From contig MU053911.1 in assembly GCA_013239625.1 (NCBI GenBank), positions 1-59,417 on the forward strand: a DNA stretch of 59,417 bases, written 5' to 3'. This document shows, one piece after another, positions 1-13,200 of this stretch (position 1 is the first letter of the stretch; each line of letters starts with the position of its first letter). The position numbers and the translations under genes are program-made. This stretch comes from Lama guanicoe. Lineage: Eukaryota. Under the pieces are notes generated by a model, which searched no databases, had not been told where the DNA came from, and was given only the letters and a program-made list of their open reading frames with translations.

Positions 1-1349
1 GATTTATGACCACTGGGCTGTGGGATGCATGTGACTACTGAGATGTCAGTCATGCAGGCAGGGACCCAGCTGGCCCAGCTCCCAGGAACTGGCCTAGGGA
101 GGTGGGCCTCCCCACCTCGTCTTCCCCCCAGGCACAACCTCTTCTTTGTCGGTTACAAAGGAAAGCGACTCTCTGTGTGCTGGACATATGGACAGTGTCT
201 ATTGCTGCCCTCTTTTCCCATGTGGCCTCAGGGTTACTTGGCCAGCCAGCACTGCTTTTGGGCCTGGCTGCTCCTAGGATACCAGCACATGGCTGTCTGG
301 AAGGCAGCTGCCCTGAAGCCCTCAGCCTAGCTTCAGGAGAGGAGCTGTGAGATCCCGGGGGGTGCTTCCGGGATCCCCCATACTCCAGCTTCTCTGGGCT
401 CTGGGGAACAACTTCCGGGGCCTGGGTGAACCCGGTGCCCAAGAAGAAGCTTGTAAAAGGAGTTAAGACCATCCTTAACTTTTTAGGTCCCTGGGAGGAA
501 AGCAGGGTGGAATGCAACCCTAACTTTCTGGAGTAAAATGTGAACTTCTGAAAACCGAGGACCAAAAGCCAAGTTCAGCCTTTACTAGGCCAAGGGCTGG
601 GGAAGAGCAGCAGCCGCCCTCCTGCGGTTATGAGCAGGATGGGTGGGCTTTGTTCATCGTCCTGCTGGCTTCCTTCCACGGCTTAGCAGGCCCAAGCACT
701 TCCGGAACTCTGTCCTCTGGCCCGCCTCCATCCAAGGAAATCAGACACACGCACTCCCGGCTTTTCGCCTCTGAGCTCCTCCCCACCCTGCAGAAAAGCC
801 CACCTGTTGTTCAGACAGACAGGAACCCCCATCTGCTTTCTCTCTGGCTGTTACCCGCCACGTCTGGGGTGGGCTGTGCCTCCCAGGCCCACCATGGGCA
901 CAGCCAGTGTCCAGTTTGACTCCCGGCTGACTCCCGATGGCCTGACCCATTACCCGTCACAGACGAGGTGCTCCAGGTGTGTCTCATGAACATAATACAA
1001 GCTCCCAGAGGACCTCTTAAAGGCTGAGGGTGTGTGGGGTGGGGGCAGGACCGTGAGGGAGAGTTGGGGCCGAGGAGACATGCTTAGGAGGAAGGGATTG
1101 ACGGCCCGAGGAAGGGCCCCATGGCCTGGGCCTGGATGGCAGCCGAGGCTGCTGCGCCCTGGACCCCCAGCCCTGCTCCCTCTCACCACGTGTGCGCTAG
1201 GCCTTCGTTACTCTGGCAACTCGCCCCGCTCAGATGGCAGCGGGCTGCTGAATCCAGCCCTTTGTTACAGGGGAAAATGCTCTCGTTGAAGCTCAGGAGC
1301 GGAGCTGCTGCCTTTTATTGCAACGGGCGCCACCAGCTTCCATCTGTAA

Positions 1350-1950
1350 ACTTAGCGTGCGCGCAGGGGAGAGGGCCGGGGAATCCAGGCCGCCGCCGGG
1401 GGACAGCGGGGGCGACGACCACTGCATACTACGCAGGGGCGGGGGCTGAGCCGAGGGGCTGGCAGGGCCGACCGGCCCAAGCGCCCCCGCCCCAGCGTTG
1501 ACCTTGGCTTGGCGTGTTCTGATTCCCCGACTCTGCGCAAGGAGTGGGGTCGAAGCTCACGGATGGAAAGGGTCTCAGAGCCCCGAGAGAAGACAGGCGT
1601 CTCCTGGGGGAAGCCCCCCCCCCTAAAAAGACGGGGCCGACTCCTGCCCTGCCCTGGGGGCGCTCTAGTCCCCAGTGCCTGGGCCTCCTGCAGCCGCAGC
1701 CCTCCGGCGGGGGCGCCTGCCCGCCCCGCCAGGGGAGGCCGCCTGCGCCGGGAATGATCCTGCGCCTGCTCGCCCGCGCCTCCTTGTTCTAAAGGGCAGC
1801 AGCCCAGCTGCTGTAGCAGGTAGTTAGCCGGACAGACGGGGACGCGCGCGGAGGTAGATGTTCGCCGTGAAACAGGCGCCCTTCTCCCTGCCTCGCTCCC
1901 TAAAGGCTCCCGAGTGGGATGACGAACAAAGCATGGGCCCTCCGGAAGCG
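1350..1950. promoter_or_regulatory. CpG island / GC-rich promoter-like region; associated gene not identified
   Basis: Dense CpG by eye (ggccgccgccgggg, gacgcgcgcgg), several GC boxes (ggggcggggg ~1436-1445, ccccgcccc ~1484-1493) and a CCGGAAG motif near 1942. No recognisable coding exon. Confidence 0.6.
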
Positions 1951-3269
1951 GGCTGATTTGGACCCATCTCAGGACTTAGCACAAGGGCAGCTCTTTGTTT
2001 ACAGCTCCTTTTTCTCTTCCCATTTCCTTTTCTCCCACCTCCTCCCCTTTTCCGGTTATCTGCTCCACCGAGGGGCGGGGGTGGGGCAAGGGGGCCCTGT
2101 CTAACCACCGACCTCCAATCCTGGTTATTCTGTTGGGGACCCTTGGCCTGGGAGGCTGTCACACGCACATCAGGGCCGAGGCAGTGATGCCGGGCCAGAC
2201 AGGCGTGGGAGGACGGACTGCGGAGCCCACGTCATCCAGCCCAGGGGGAGTGCTGTGCTGCCAGCGGGCGGAGGTGCCACCAGCTGCTGACCTCATTACG
2301 GTTCAAATCATGGAGGAGCGGGCCATTAAAGGTCCATAAGAACCAGAGCTAAATGGCTGCGAAGATACTGACAGCCTCACTGGAAACTAGCTTTCCAATG
2401 AGCTGCTGTGTCCCCTCCTCCTTTAATTAGCAGGAGGGAGCTGGACAACTTGTTACAACTGCAGGGAAAACGATAAAAGATGGCTTTGTATTAGTGTGGC
2501 AAATTTTATTAAACCGAGAGAAAGGGTAACTGAAACATGACAGCCGTGTGTGTAGTGCCTCCTGAATCTGTAATAACCCAATCTTGTTCTGAGTCATCCC
2601 TGTGTTGGCAAACGGAATATAAAGCATTTAACAGATTCAGTACTGTCAGAGGTACAACAGAGCTTAGCCGAGTGGGGAGGGGCAGGTAGGGGAAGAGGGT
2701 CTCCAACCCAGGGCAGTGCTCACTGAGTAATGAGCAGAAATACAGCCCCAGCCCAGCACCTGCCGGTGACCCCTGCCTCTGCTTCCTTTCAGCTGGTCCC
2801 AGGAGGCCCCTACTAGCACCCTGTTTCTGAGTTCATCCTGCCTGGGCAGCACATTTCCTCATAGCCACAGGCTTTGTCCTCCCCAGAGAAACAGAATGAA
2901 ATCAGGCAGGCTCTGCTGCCTGCCCAGAACGAGCCCTGGGCCATGCATATCAGCCTGGTGGTCTGGGGTCTGTGGCTGCTCCCTGAGGTCCAGGTGCCCC
3001 CTCTGCTGGCCTGCTGTCTCCTCCTTGCTGTGTTCCCAGGCGGTGCACAGTGCCTGAAATGTAATTGGCCCTCAGTTCAATTGTACAGTGACTCAGTGGA
3101 TGTGTGAATATAAGCTTTACTCACCCTGGTCTGGGAACCACAAGGCTGACCCTGTGGTGACACAGGCATGATTCAGTGACCCATCTCACTGGGATCTGAT
3201 GGCTTTTGGAGGCAGCCTCTGCCACAGGGTCCCTTTCTCCAGGCTCCACCAAACCTGTCATTTGTGGAG

Positions 3270-3600
3270 TCCTTACTGACGCCAGGCGGCATGCTAAGTG
3301 ACTTACCCACGTTGTTGGTTCTCCCAGCAACCCCTGAGATGGGTCCTTCTATCTCTCTTTTACAGACAGGTTAAGTGAAGATGCTGAGAGGTTAGGAATG
3401 TGACTTAACTCATCCTCCGCTCCCTCCCTTCCCTGGGTGTCTATAGGCAGACCCTGACCTAAGGCCTGAGACACTCACAAATTATGATGGTCATTGCCAA
3501 GGGGTAGTGTGTCCAGTGGTTAAATCACAGGCGATCTGGCTTCTTAACCTGCTTCCTTCCCGACTGGAGGGATAAACTGAGGCCAGTCACCATACTGGGA
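3270..3600. mobile_element. Degenerate MIR SINE fragments
   Basis: MIR-like phrases: tgctaagtg...caacccctgagatggg...tttacagacagg..aag and gtggttaaa...tctggcttc. Confidence 0.45.
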
Positions 3601-4849
3601 GGTCGGCCGCATCTCTCTTCCCTCCTCCCAAGCCTGTAGCTGGGCTGTGACAGTGGCAGGTGGGCCTGGGGCCTGGCTGTGCCACTGTTCAGCAGTGCTT
3701 CATGGGGCATATCCCTTGGCCACCTTCTGTATACAACTTGATCTGCTTTTCACACCCTGCCTCTCATACCTTTTCATTGTAACCATAGTGCTAATGGTAT
3801 CAGAAGTTTAACTTAAAAGTGTGTTGGTGGGGTTAACCGTGGATGCCCTCAGTGGTGCACCCCAGCTGCTTCTACCTCCTCCCCTCTCCTTTCCCGTACC
3901 CCCTCATTTTCTTGGAGGTCACCCCACCCCCACACTCCCCACCCTGGTCCGGACCCTCACAACAGCTTTCTTCTCTCCCAGTCTTTGTCCCACGTGGCTC
4001 TGGTATTTGTTGCTTGGGGACTGATGCTCACAGACAAACTTTTGGGTGTAAGTGAAGTGCTGTTGCTTCCATTCTAATGAGTGGCAAACTGTCTGTCCCA
4101 GGCCTGCTCTGCTGGCCTCCACCCCACCCTCCCCTCTGTATTCGCGTCGGCCCAGGAGCTCTTGTTCCCATCAAATGAGTCAGGGGTGAGATCTTGGAAG
4201 AGTAATTAATTTGAGCAAATGTGTGTCAATGTCCTCGGAAATACAAGATGTCAGTACAAACCACCTGTGCTTGCTCTGGCCACAAAGCTCCAGAACGCAG
4301 GCGGGCCTCTCTTTAGAAAAACCTCTAGGTCCAGGCTATTTGCGTTACAAAAAAAAAAAAAAAAGGTCACTTTACGGAAGGATTTACTGGTAGGTCCTTT
4401 AAAATTGAAGCTCTTTTGGTGTATTTAAGTAGTTTACAGGTCATTAAGTATTTGACAGGGGAAATTTAAGGACCAGAAAACTTCGTGTTCAAGCTTAAGA
4501 ACCAGTGCCAATTACAGATTCTTCCGAAATGATGATGATGCAGCCCAGAAATTGTATGTAAGCCGGCAAGCAAAGGCAGGCTGACTCACCGAAGCGTGGC
4601 CGCACACACACCCTTCAGACATGCTTGCTGGGGCCCCTACAGAAACGTACCTGTTTTTCTTTAACGATGAGCACTGAGAGCAGAACTAAGCTTTCTGTGC
4701 CAGTTCCCCGATTGATCCCTGTTCCGCTCAGCTCTGCGATCTCGTAGGCTGGCTGGGAGATTGCCTAACTGAAAACCAGAGTTCAAGTCAATGGCCTTTT
4801 AAGGTTTTTTATTGTCTGATGTTCCTCTAGTAGCCTCCCTGTTCACTCC

Positions 4850-6190
4850 TCAGAGCTCCTTTCTCTTCCCTCCTCTTACTTCCCACCTCACCCCCCACAC
4901 CCCGCTCTGAGCTCAGCATCGCGCCTCAGACTTCACGGACGTGATGGAGGAGATGAAGGCTTCAGACTGGAGCCCCCTCACCCTTCCTCCCCTAAGTCTG
5001 CGAGCCCGCCTGCTGCGGTGCTCAGATTCATCCCTCCTGAAACTCCGAGAGCCAGTCTCTCCACGTAGGCTCTGCATCCCAGCCTCTTACCCTCTTAAGG
5101 ACTCACCTGGGGTCCTTCCCAGCAGTGTACAGACCTGCTCTCTTATCCGTCGTCTTTGAAAACGTCACAAGCCGCCTGCGATTGTAATACTTCTTTCAGC
5201 TCCTGCTCCATCTCTGCTCTCTTTCACCGCCAAACGACTCAGAAGAATTGTCTGCACAGACGGCCTCCTCTTGTCCACCCCCCAGCCACCCTCCTGCCCA
5301 CTTCAGTCCGGCACCCCTCCCCACCACGCCACTTCACAACTCGGGGAGGTCACCAACAGCTTCCGTGCCGCCCGCCCCCACCGACACTTTGTTGTCCTCT
5401 TGGCTTCTCTGCAGCATTCCACACCCTCTCCTTCTCGGAGACGCTGTCTCCAGGCTGTGCTCCTCTGCCCCCCCCCCTTCTGTTTATTCCTCCTTTTCTG
5501 TCGTCTAAATATTGGACCTCCCAAGTCTTGGTCCTCAGCCTGTTTCTCCATCTGCACATCCTTGCTAGGTGAGCTCACCTGTTATCAAGCTTTAAATACC
5601 GTCTATGTAGTGATGACTTCCAAATTCCTCTCTTGAGGTTTCGTCTTGCAATTCTGCCTGTCTCCTTGAATTTTTCATTTCAATGTTCTACAGATATCCC
5701 AAACATATGAAAAGAAACCAAACTCTTGATCTGTGTTCTCAAATCTGTTTCTCCCTAAATCTTCCCCCAGCTCAGTAAATAGCGCCCTTGCCCACCCATT
5801 TGCAAAGCCCCAGTTTCTCCTCTCTCCCCTCCGACATCTCGTCTCCCACCAGGTTCTGCCAGTTTACCTCCAATGTGTGTCTCGAATGAATACCCTTCTC
5901 TCCATCTCCCCTGCCACCCTCTAGCCCCGGCCACCATTGTCTCTTTCCTGACCTAGGACAATAGCTTCCTAATTGGTCTCTTTACTGCCACTCTTGCCAA
6001 GTGTTCTTTACACAGCACAGCATTTCAAAAATATCAATTGTCTCATGTTATTCCTCTGCTTAAACCCTGCAGTGGTTATTCATTATCCTGAGAATAAAAT
6101 CCTAACTCCTCGCTGTGCTGTATACGGCTCTGTATGATCTGGCCCGTCCATCTAACTTTCTGCCCTCATCTTGCACTTCTTCTCGATCGG
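4850..6190. mobile_element. Ancient L2 LINE fragment (3' portion)
   Basis: L2-like blocks: gctttaaataccgtctatgtagtgatgacttccaaatt, caatagcttcctaattggtctc, ttcctctgcttaaaccctgcagtgg, gaataaaatcctaactcct. Confidence 0.65.
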
Positions 6191-7749
6191 CTGCCCTCCC
6201 AGCAGCCATCTCCGCCCATCTTCCATTGTAGTAGAACCCCAGTTTTGTTCAGCTACGAATTTTTTTCATGAAAGAGGTGGTGACGTTTTCAGGGAAGGTG
6301 AGCCCTCCTCCCCTCCACGGGATGTAACCATGGTTAATCTAAGCTAACTGTGGTCACGTCATGACGCCATTGCCAACGATTGGTTTCAGAGTGGGACTGG
6401 CTCTGTGCCATGGACTTAAGAGAAGTTCTACTGGTCACTTCTAGGAAAGATGCAGTGACCTCATGAGAGAGTTCTGCACGAGGGGGAGTTGCCTGCAAGC
6501 CACCCTTCCTGCCTTCCCGGTGTTGGTAGGTGAGGATTCGGTGTTCCCCACCTGCTGGGTGACCGGAGCCCATCCCTTCCCACAAGGTGATGGATGATGC
6601 TTCTCTCGTAGGGCCCCCAAGAGGACTCAGTGGGGTCAGGTAGGCAGAGCTCCTCTCCTAGGACCTGCCATCCCCGAAGCCCGAGAACTGTCACTTCCCT
6701 TTCCTTCCTCTTCCTCTTCTTGGCTGCTCTCCCCAGCAGGTGTTGTTGACCTGCCCTCGCTCCCTGCCCGAGCCCCGGCTCTTCACTGGAGCCCAGCGGC
6801 GGGCAGCAGCGTCTCGGTATAACATAAAGGCAGTTTCTTTAGCTGCTTCTTTTTAAACAACAAAATTAAAATTGCCTCTCTGTCTTCCTTGGCTGCCTCA
6901 GCCGAGCGCCTTGCCAGCGTGTTTACATTAAGGGATCTGCGGGGGTCCTGCAGGTTGTGGGCTGTGTGTGTTCTGTCTGTTTAGTGCGGCTCCCACTTTG
7001 TCTAATTTCCTAATACAGCTCAGCATTCTAATTTTTTCTCCGAGGCTGTGAACGGAGAAGGTAAATTGCGGCTCTGGATGAGGCCTTCTTCCATAGACCC
7101 TGCGCGATCCCCCCCAGAGTCGTCCTCTCGCCCAATTAGAAACCTACCTGGCTGTTAGGAGCCAGAGTGCCTGCCGACGGAAGGTTCCTGTTCCAGGCCC
7201 TAATTACCGCTTGATGGAATGAATAAAGACTTCGTGTTTTCTACATTTTACTTACAGAGTTGCTGATGCGGTGAATGTTAGATGAAATGTCTCATTCCTC
7301 AGAGAGATTAAAAAACCAAGTGCCTCGGCCGCAGATCCGAGCGGCTGGTTGAGCAACAGGCTTTCCCTGCCGCCCTGGCGAGGCCCTCCCGTGTGAGCAG
7401 GTCTGGGGTCTGCGAGAGCCGGTGAAGACAAGTAAAAGAGAGGCAGGCACTTACCGGGCACTGGTCTCCCCAGATGCGCCCTCGTTTCCTTCCCACGAGG
7501 ATGTGACGCGGCGGCTGGCCGTCCGCTGTGCGCAGGTAGGGACGCTGAGGCTCGGAGACGTATTCTGCCTCTCGCCAAGGGCGCATGCAGTGAACGACAC
7601 AGCAGGACGGTGGGTTGAATTCAGGCTTCCGTGCTGAGTGCTCTTTCCCCTTTGGCCCCGGGACGCTTTCCTGGCCCACTGGGTCCAGTCGGCCCAGCAT
7701 CCCTTAGGAACCAGCCAGTTCTTTTCCTTGAGAGTGGATGGCAGGGAGG

Positions 7750-8310
7750 GTGTGGCGGGTGGTTTCTGCAGCATAACAGACCTCCCCCAAACTTAGAGGC
7801 TTCAAACAACAAACTGTGCTTTTTCACGGCTCTGTGTTAGCTGCATGGCTTCTGTGGTCTGGGGTGGCTTGAGGGGGACTGGCAGGTCCAGGGTGGCCTG
7901 CGTCAGTAGCCCCTGGGGCAAGGGCCAGATGGTCGCATCCTCTAGGAGGCTTGCCCAGGCCTGGCCTCTTCTTTGAATTTCATATGTAGATACAGCCATT
8001 GACATGAATGTAGCCCTCGATAAACATCTTTCCCCTTTGAAAGTAGCTCTGCTGGTTTGAACCCTGTCTGTCTGGACTCATTCATGTTGGGGTGGAAGGT
8101 TCCGAGCAGCAAAGGAGGGAAGCCCCAATGTACAGGCACTTTTAGAGCCCCTCTACTACATGTCTTCTAATGTCCAGTTGGCCAAGGAAGCCACGTGTCC
8201 AAGGCCGGATTCACGGGATGGAGAAGAGACTCGGGCTCTTGATGGGAGGGCCACACGCACGCATCCAGAGATGGGAAGCTTCGCGGTCACTTTGCAGTCC
8301 ACCGCAAAGG
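7750..8310. mobile_element. Old MaLR (MLT1-type) LTR
   Basis: gcataacagacctccccaaacttagaggcttcaaacaacaa start, followed by gtccagttggccaaggaagccacgtgtccaaggcc, both typical of MLT1 LTRs. Confidence 0.55.
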
Positions 8311-11300
8311 GTGGTGCTCTTCAGAAGGTCATTTCATGACTCCTGGTCCTGTCAGCTAGGGGTTGGAGAGGGGACTTACTGACATCCGGACAGGATGTCA
8401 CCAAGGCTGCTTCCAGACAGATTTTTTTTTTTTGGTTCCTGTTGTTGAATTGTTTTTGACATGTAGAGAATGAGGAAACAAAACCGCCCTTTGGTGGTTC
8501 ATCCACGTTCTCATAACCGGCCATTGTCTTTTCATTGTTCTTACTTCTCTGGACCAGATGCTTCAGACGCCTGGGAGTGCGTGTTCGGACTTGGTGGTGG
8601 GACCGCCCCTGCTCTGTCTGCAGCTGTAGGGGTGAAGGAGGGAGCAGCTCTGTGCCCCTGCCTGTCCCTTCTCTAGGGCTCACAGCATGTTCTGGTTTGT
8701 CCAGCTGAGTGTTACATGGTTTTTCCCGCATGACCTGGGAAATGCAGACCAGAGAATTTTAGGCTCTTTGAAGGAGGGAGAGGTTCAGAAGGATCTGTGC
8801 GGTGATGGAGTCTCTGTATGCCTTGACAGCTTCATCTCGGATTCTGTCCCTTCCCCCCACCCTCCCCCCACCCTCCTCTTTCCTGTGCTTCCAAGGCCAT
8901 GGCGACCTGTTTTCTGAGTAGAAACTGCTATAATCAGAGATTTGTGGAAACCAGTTCCAAGGCAGCCTGCCTTGGGTACTATTAGGCCCTAGGCCTCAGT
9001 TCAAGGTTCCCCTGAAACCTTCCAACAGGGAGAGAACAGGGCTGTCAGCCGTGTGAACACCGTGGGCCCTTCCCCAGCTCAGCTTTCTCAGGTGAATGAC
9101 TCTGGGGGCAAGTCGGACAGAGCCGGGCCCCCAGGCCTGGGACCCAAAGGTGAAAGGCCTTTGGTGCCTCTTGCAACCAGGACTGGTTAAAATTATTGGC
9201 TGGTGTGGGTCTTATTCTTTCCTTTATTGGCTTGAGCACCTCGCCCAGGGCCTGGCACAGGAGAAATGTCCCAGCAGGGCCCTCAGCCCCTGACCACCGA
9301 GTGGGCGGCTGAAATCCTCTGGCAGAAGGTTCCAGGGGGTGGTGCTGGCAGCTTTGTTCAGGTGGAAGTGAGAGGGGGAGAAGGAGGAGGTGAGACCCCA
9401 GTGTGGGGGCCTGAGGGCTACGCCACCGAAGGCTGCATCATCTGTCCTCCTAAGGCTGTCCCTCCCACCCTGGGGTGGCCAGCGTCCTCCCTGCACAGCC
9501 TGCAGGCTCCTCCTGCCCCATCAGCCTTTATGTGTCCCGTTAGAGCAAGAAAGTAAAAGGTTTTATGAGGGTGACTCCCCCACCCCCGGCTCTGTCTTAA
9601 AAAAAAGGAAAAAAAAAGGCAAAGTGTGTTCCTGCAAATTAAACAAATGTCACATCAGCGCTGGTTGCCTAAACGGCAGCCTTCCAGAAGCAGCGCCTCA
9701 GGCCAGGCCAGGGAAGCTGGATTTCCACTCTCAGGGCCTCCCAGGAAGGCCTGCCTGGTCCTTGTCTGTTCCTGGAACAGAGGGCTGAGGAGGGATGTCG
9801 GTCTTCAGTTTGCTTCTCCCATTAGGGCTGCGGGAGACCCCGGGACCCCTCTCACGAGGGTGCTCGGGGTTCTGGGGGTCCCTGCTATTACAGGCCACAT
9901 TTTGTATGTGTCTAGAAAGTGAAATGGGGGGTAAATCTTCAGCTTTCTTCCCATTCTCAAAGAAGTTGGTGACCCTAAAATAGATTACAGACTGAGGAGA
10001 AATAGTATGACTCCGTCACTGTGAACAGAAGGACTCTTGGGCCCAGAGAGGGCAAGTTGCTTGAGTCAGATCACACAGCACATTGTGGCTTTTTGTTTAA
10101 AGATCAAATCCACATGTTTAAGGGGAGGGGCCTGATAGCAAGTAGGGGAGGCCTTTTCTCATTTCCCGGCAATTTGTAAGCAGCTTGTCTCTTAATTGAT
10201 TGTGTATGTTGGTTTTTTCGGTTGTTTTTTGTTTTGTTGTTGTTTTTTTAAGTTGGAATCACTCCCAGAAGTAAAGGGGCTGAGATGAACAAAATAAAGA
10301 ATGAATAAACAGGCTCTGCGTTCATCTCCCCCACTCCCCCTGCCCCTGCCACCCCACCGCATGGCTTTTCCTCTTAAGACTTTGCCGAGAATGGAATTAC
10401 CATTCCTACAACCTGCCACTTAAACAACATATTTATCTTTTTTTTAAGCTAAAATAATACTTGCTATAACGGAAATACCATAACCCTGTCAAGCAAAGGT
10501 GGCCCCCAACTGACGACGTCCTGGTGGACTTTCAGGGTCTCCCAGAGCACTGCTCTTACTATCCCTGTTGTACACGCCCCAGGGCGTGCATCTGCCTCCC
10601 AGAAAGAGCCAAAAAGAGGACGCCCTTAGACTGCTGTTCCAAGTGGGAGGCGGCATGCCAGCCTCTACGCCCGGTCCTGGCCAACTTGCCTGCTTCCTTA
10701 TTTGGGTTAATTTTATGGCTTTTTACAGGACTCGAAGACTGTCACTCAGATTGGACCCTGTCAGCATATTCCCTGGCTGTTGCAAACCTGTGACAAGATT
10801 GCTTCTCTAACTGCGAGCAAGTGCGGTGACGAAGTCAGCCTTTGGCTGCATTAAGGCCGAACAGAGAGCCTACGAAGGGCTCTGGCCGTTACAACCTAGA
10901 TCAATGTCAGAAGGGGCGATGTCCTTACGTGTCCTCCAGAGAACAGAGCGAGTGACAGCGGAATCTCAGTTGCTCAGTCACAGCTACCTACCAGACTTCA
11001 CAGTGTTTCCAAAATAGTGAGGTTTCACAGACTTCAGTCATTGGGTTATCACAATTTTTGCCATGTCCTTGTACACTTTTACTATTACTTACTATTATTT
11101 ATTTAAAAGTTCTTTAATTTAATGACAGTTTTACTTAACTGTTATTTTAAAGGGGGATTTTGTTAGTGAGAGAAGAGTTTCACTTACTAGAACATAAGAT
11201 CACCTTGACATATAAGGACAATAAGACAATACTTTTCACTGCTGTCCCGACACAGGGATTGGGAATTCAGGAGGGTGTCGTTAATCTCTGACAGTCACGG

Positions 11301-11679
11301 GACCCACCGCGCACACTACAGACCAGTGCGCAGGCGGCACCATGTTCTGTGCCCTCGCTTTCCCCATCTGGAAAAGCTTCAGAACCATTTATCTTTTTCA
11401 TCACAGGCCATTATCTGTGAGGAAGAGAGGAGAGAATTCCTTTGCCAAATGCAGGGAGTTACCGGACCATCAGGCATCAGGCTTTGAAGGAGCTAATGGA
11501 GGTTTGAAACTGCAACTGAGTGCCCAGTGGTAGGACATGGCGCTGAAGCCAGAGGGCACCAGGCTTGACACCATTTCCCCAACTGTGGCTCCACCTAGAA
11601 AGTTTGGGGAACCCGACTTGTAGATTTTGAGTGGTAAGACAGGCCAAGAAGAGCAAAAACAGTGTATGCTTAGAATAAA

Positions 11680-11910
11680 GGGCTTAAGATACAAACTACT
11701 TTATACAGAATAAACAAGGTCCTACTGTGCAGCACAGGGAACTATATTCAAAAGCTTGTAACAGCCTATAATAGAAAAGAATCTGAAAAAGAATACATAT
11801 ATATATATGTCTGTATAGCTGAATCACTATGCTGTACGCTTGAAACTAGCACAACATTGTAAGTCAACTAAACTTCCATTAAAAGTTTTAAAAATAAATG
11901 ATAAAAATTG
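11680..11910 (+). mobile_element. L1 3' end (5'-truncated)
   Basis: aaacaaggtcctactgtgcagcacagggaactatattcaa...ctgaatcactatgctgtac...aacattgtaagtcaacta followed by an A-rich tail. Confidence 0.75.
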
Positions 11911-11959
11911 TTTGAAAGAATAGAGGGCTTAGAAGTTGTTCAAATGAGGAAGAAAATCA

Positions 11960-12302
11960 CAGCAGATTTCAAACTCCCAATTTATCCCTTCCCACCCCTT
12001 CCCCCTGGTAACCATACATTTGTTTTCTATGTCTGTGAGTCTATTTCTGTTTTGTAAGTTCCTTTGTCTTTTTTTAAGATTCCACATATGAGCGATCTCA
12101 TATGGTATTTTTCTTTCTCTTTCTGGCTTACTACCCTTAGAATGACTATCTCCAGGTCCATCCATGGTTCTGCAAATGGCATTATTTTACTCTTTTTTTT
12201 ATAGCTGAGTAGTATTCCATTGTATAGATATACTGCCACATCTTTAACCAGTCATCTGTCAGTGGACATTTGGGTTGTTGCTATCTCTTGGCTATTGTAA
12301 TT
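11960..12302 (-). mobile_element. L1 3' UTR / ORF2 C-terminal fragment, antisense
   Basis: Minus-strand ORF 12027-12239 (KIMPFAEPWMDLEIVILRVVSQKEKEKYHM) resembles the L1 ORF2 C-terminus/3' region. Confidence 0.8.
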
Positions 12303-12589
12303 GTATCCATTTCTTTTCCTATTTAGCTTTTGGAAACAGTATTGAACCCTTCGCTTTGAGTAAGCTCTTGGTTTTTTGAACCATGTGTAGGTGATAAGCC
12401 TTGAGACAGAATAAGTGCCTGCCTTTTTCCCTTCTATTTCCCTCTCTCCCTTCCTTCCTCCCTTCCTTTCCATCAGGCCACTCTTTCTACCCATTCTTCT
12501 CTCTTGAAATAGGCAGGAGCCATGGAGGTGGCAGCCCCTGGAGGCTGAGGAGGCAACTGGCATGGTAGAAAGAGCAGTTACACACGAGG

Positions 12590-13200
12590 AGGCTGAGCCA
12601 AGAAGTACATCCTGCTGGAGGTGTTTTTTATAAATATGGAAAGAGAGGGGCTGGAGAGAACCCTGAGGTGTTGGATTGGAATTGGAAGCACCGGTGTGTA
12701 AACTAATGAGTTTAAAATATAGCTACACTGAGAGAGAGAGAAATGCAGCTGGATGTGTCTGTATGTTTGTGTGTCTACGTGTGCACATGCGCATACTTCC
12801 CAGCTCTGCTCTCCAAGAGGGTTTAGAAACAATGACACTCCAGCAGAAATAAACATACTGAGTGCCCAGATCTTGGTGTCCTCATATCAATATCCACTAA
12901 AGGGAACCAGTACTTGTTGGAAATATTGACTCCAGGGTTGAGGCAGAGGAACTACAAGATGGTTGTGGGTCACCTGTTGCTCAAGGAATTACAGACATTT
13001 GTCAAAGACCATAGACGCCAGCTTGCAAGGATCCTCGCTGGCCAAATCTGAGCCACGTTAATCATCAAAGTAAGTAGCGACAGTGACAGATTACCACGCA
13101 TTAAATAAAACAGGAATCCACAAGTCCAGTCAGAGGTGAATACATAAATACATAGGGAGAGGGAAAGCTTTCCTTACAGAAGAATGCCGAATTTTCTATA
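12590..13200 (+). mobile_element. Old L1 (L1MC/MD-like) 3' region
   Basis: gagaaccctgaggtgttggattggaattggaag...aacaatgacactccagcag...gtgcccagatcttgg; a related antisense copy lies at ~56900-57350. Confidence 0.55.

Noticed and set aside
1350..1950. Assignment of the CpG island to EPC1
   Set aside because: Suggested only by human gene order; no EPC1 coding sequence is recognisable in the window.
25..11500. Many overlapping 60-170 aa ORFs in the GC-rich left part
   Set aside because: No recognisable domains or consistent exon structure; many use non-ATG starts; expected by chance in GC-rich DNA.
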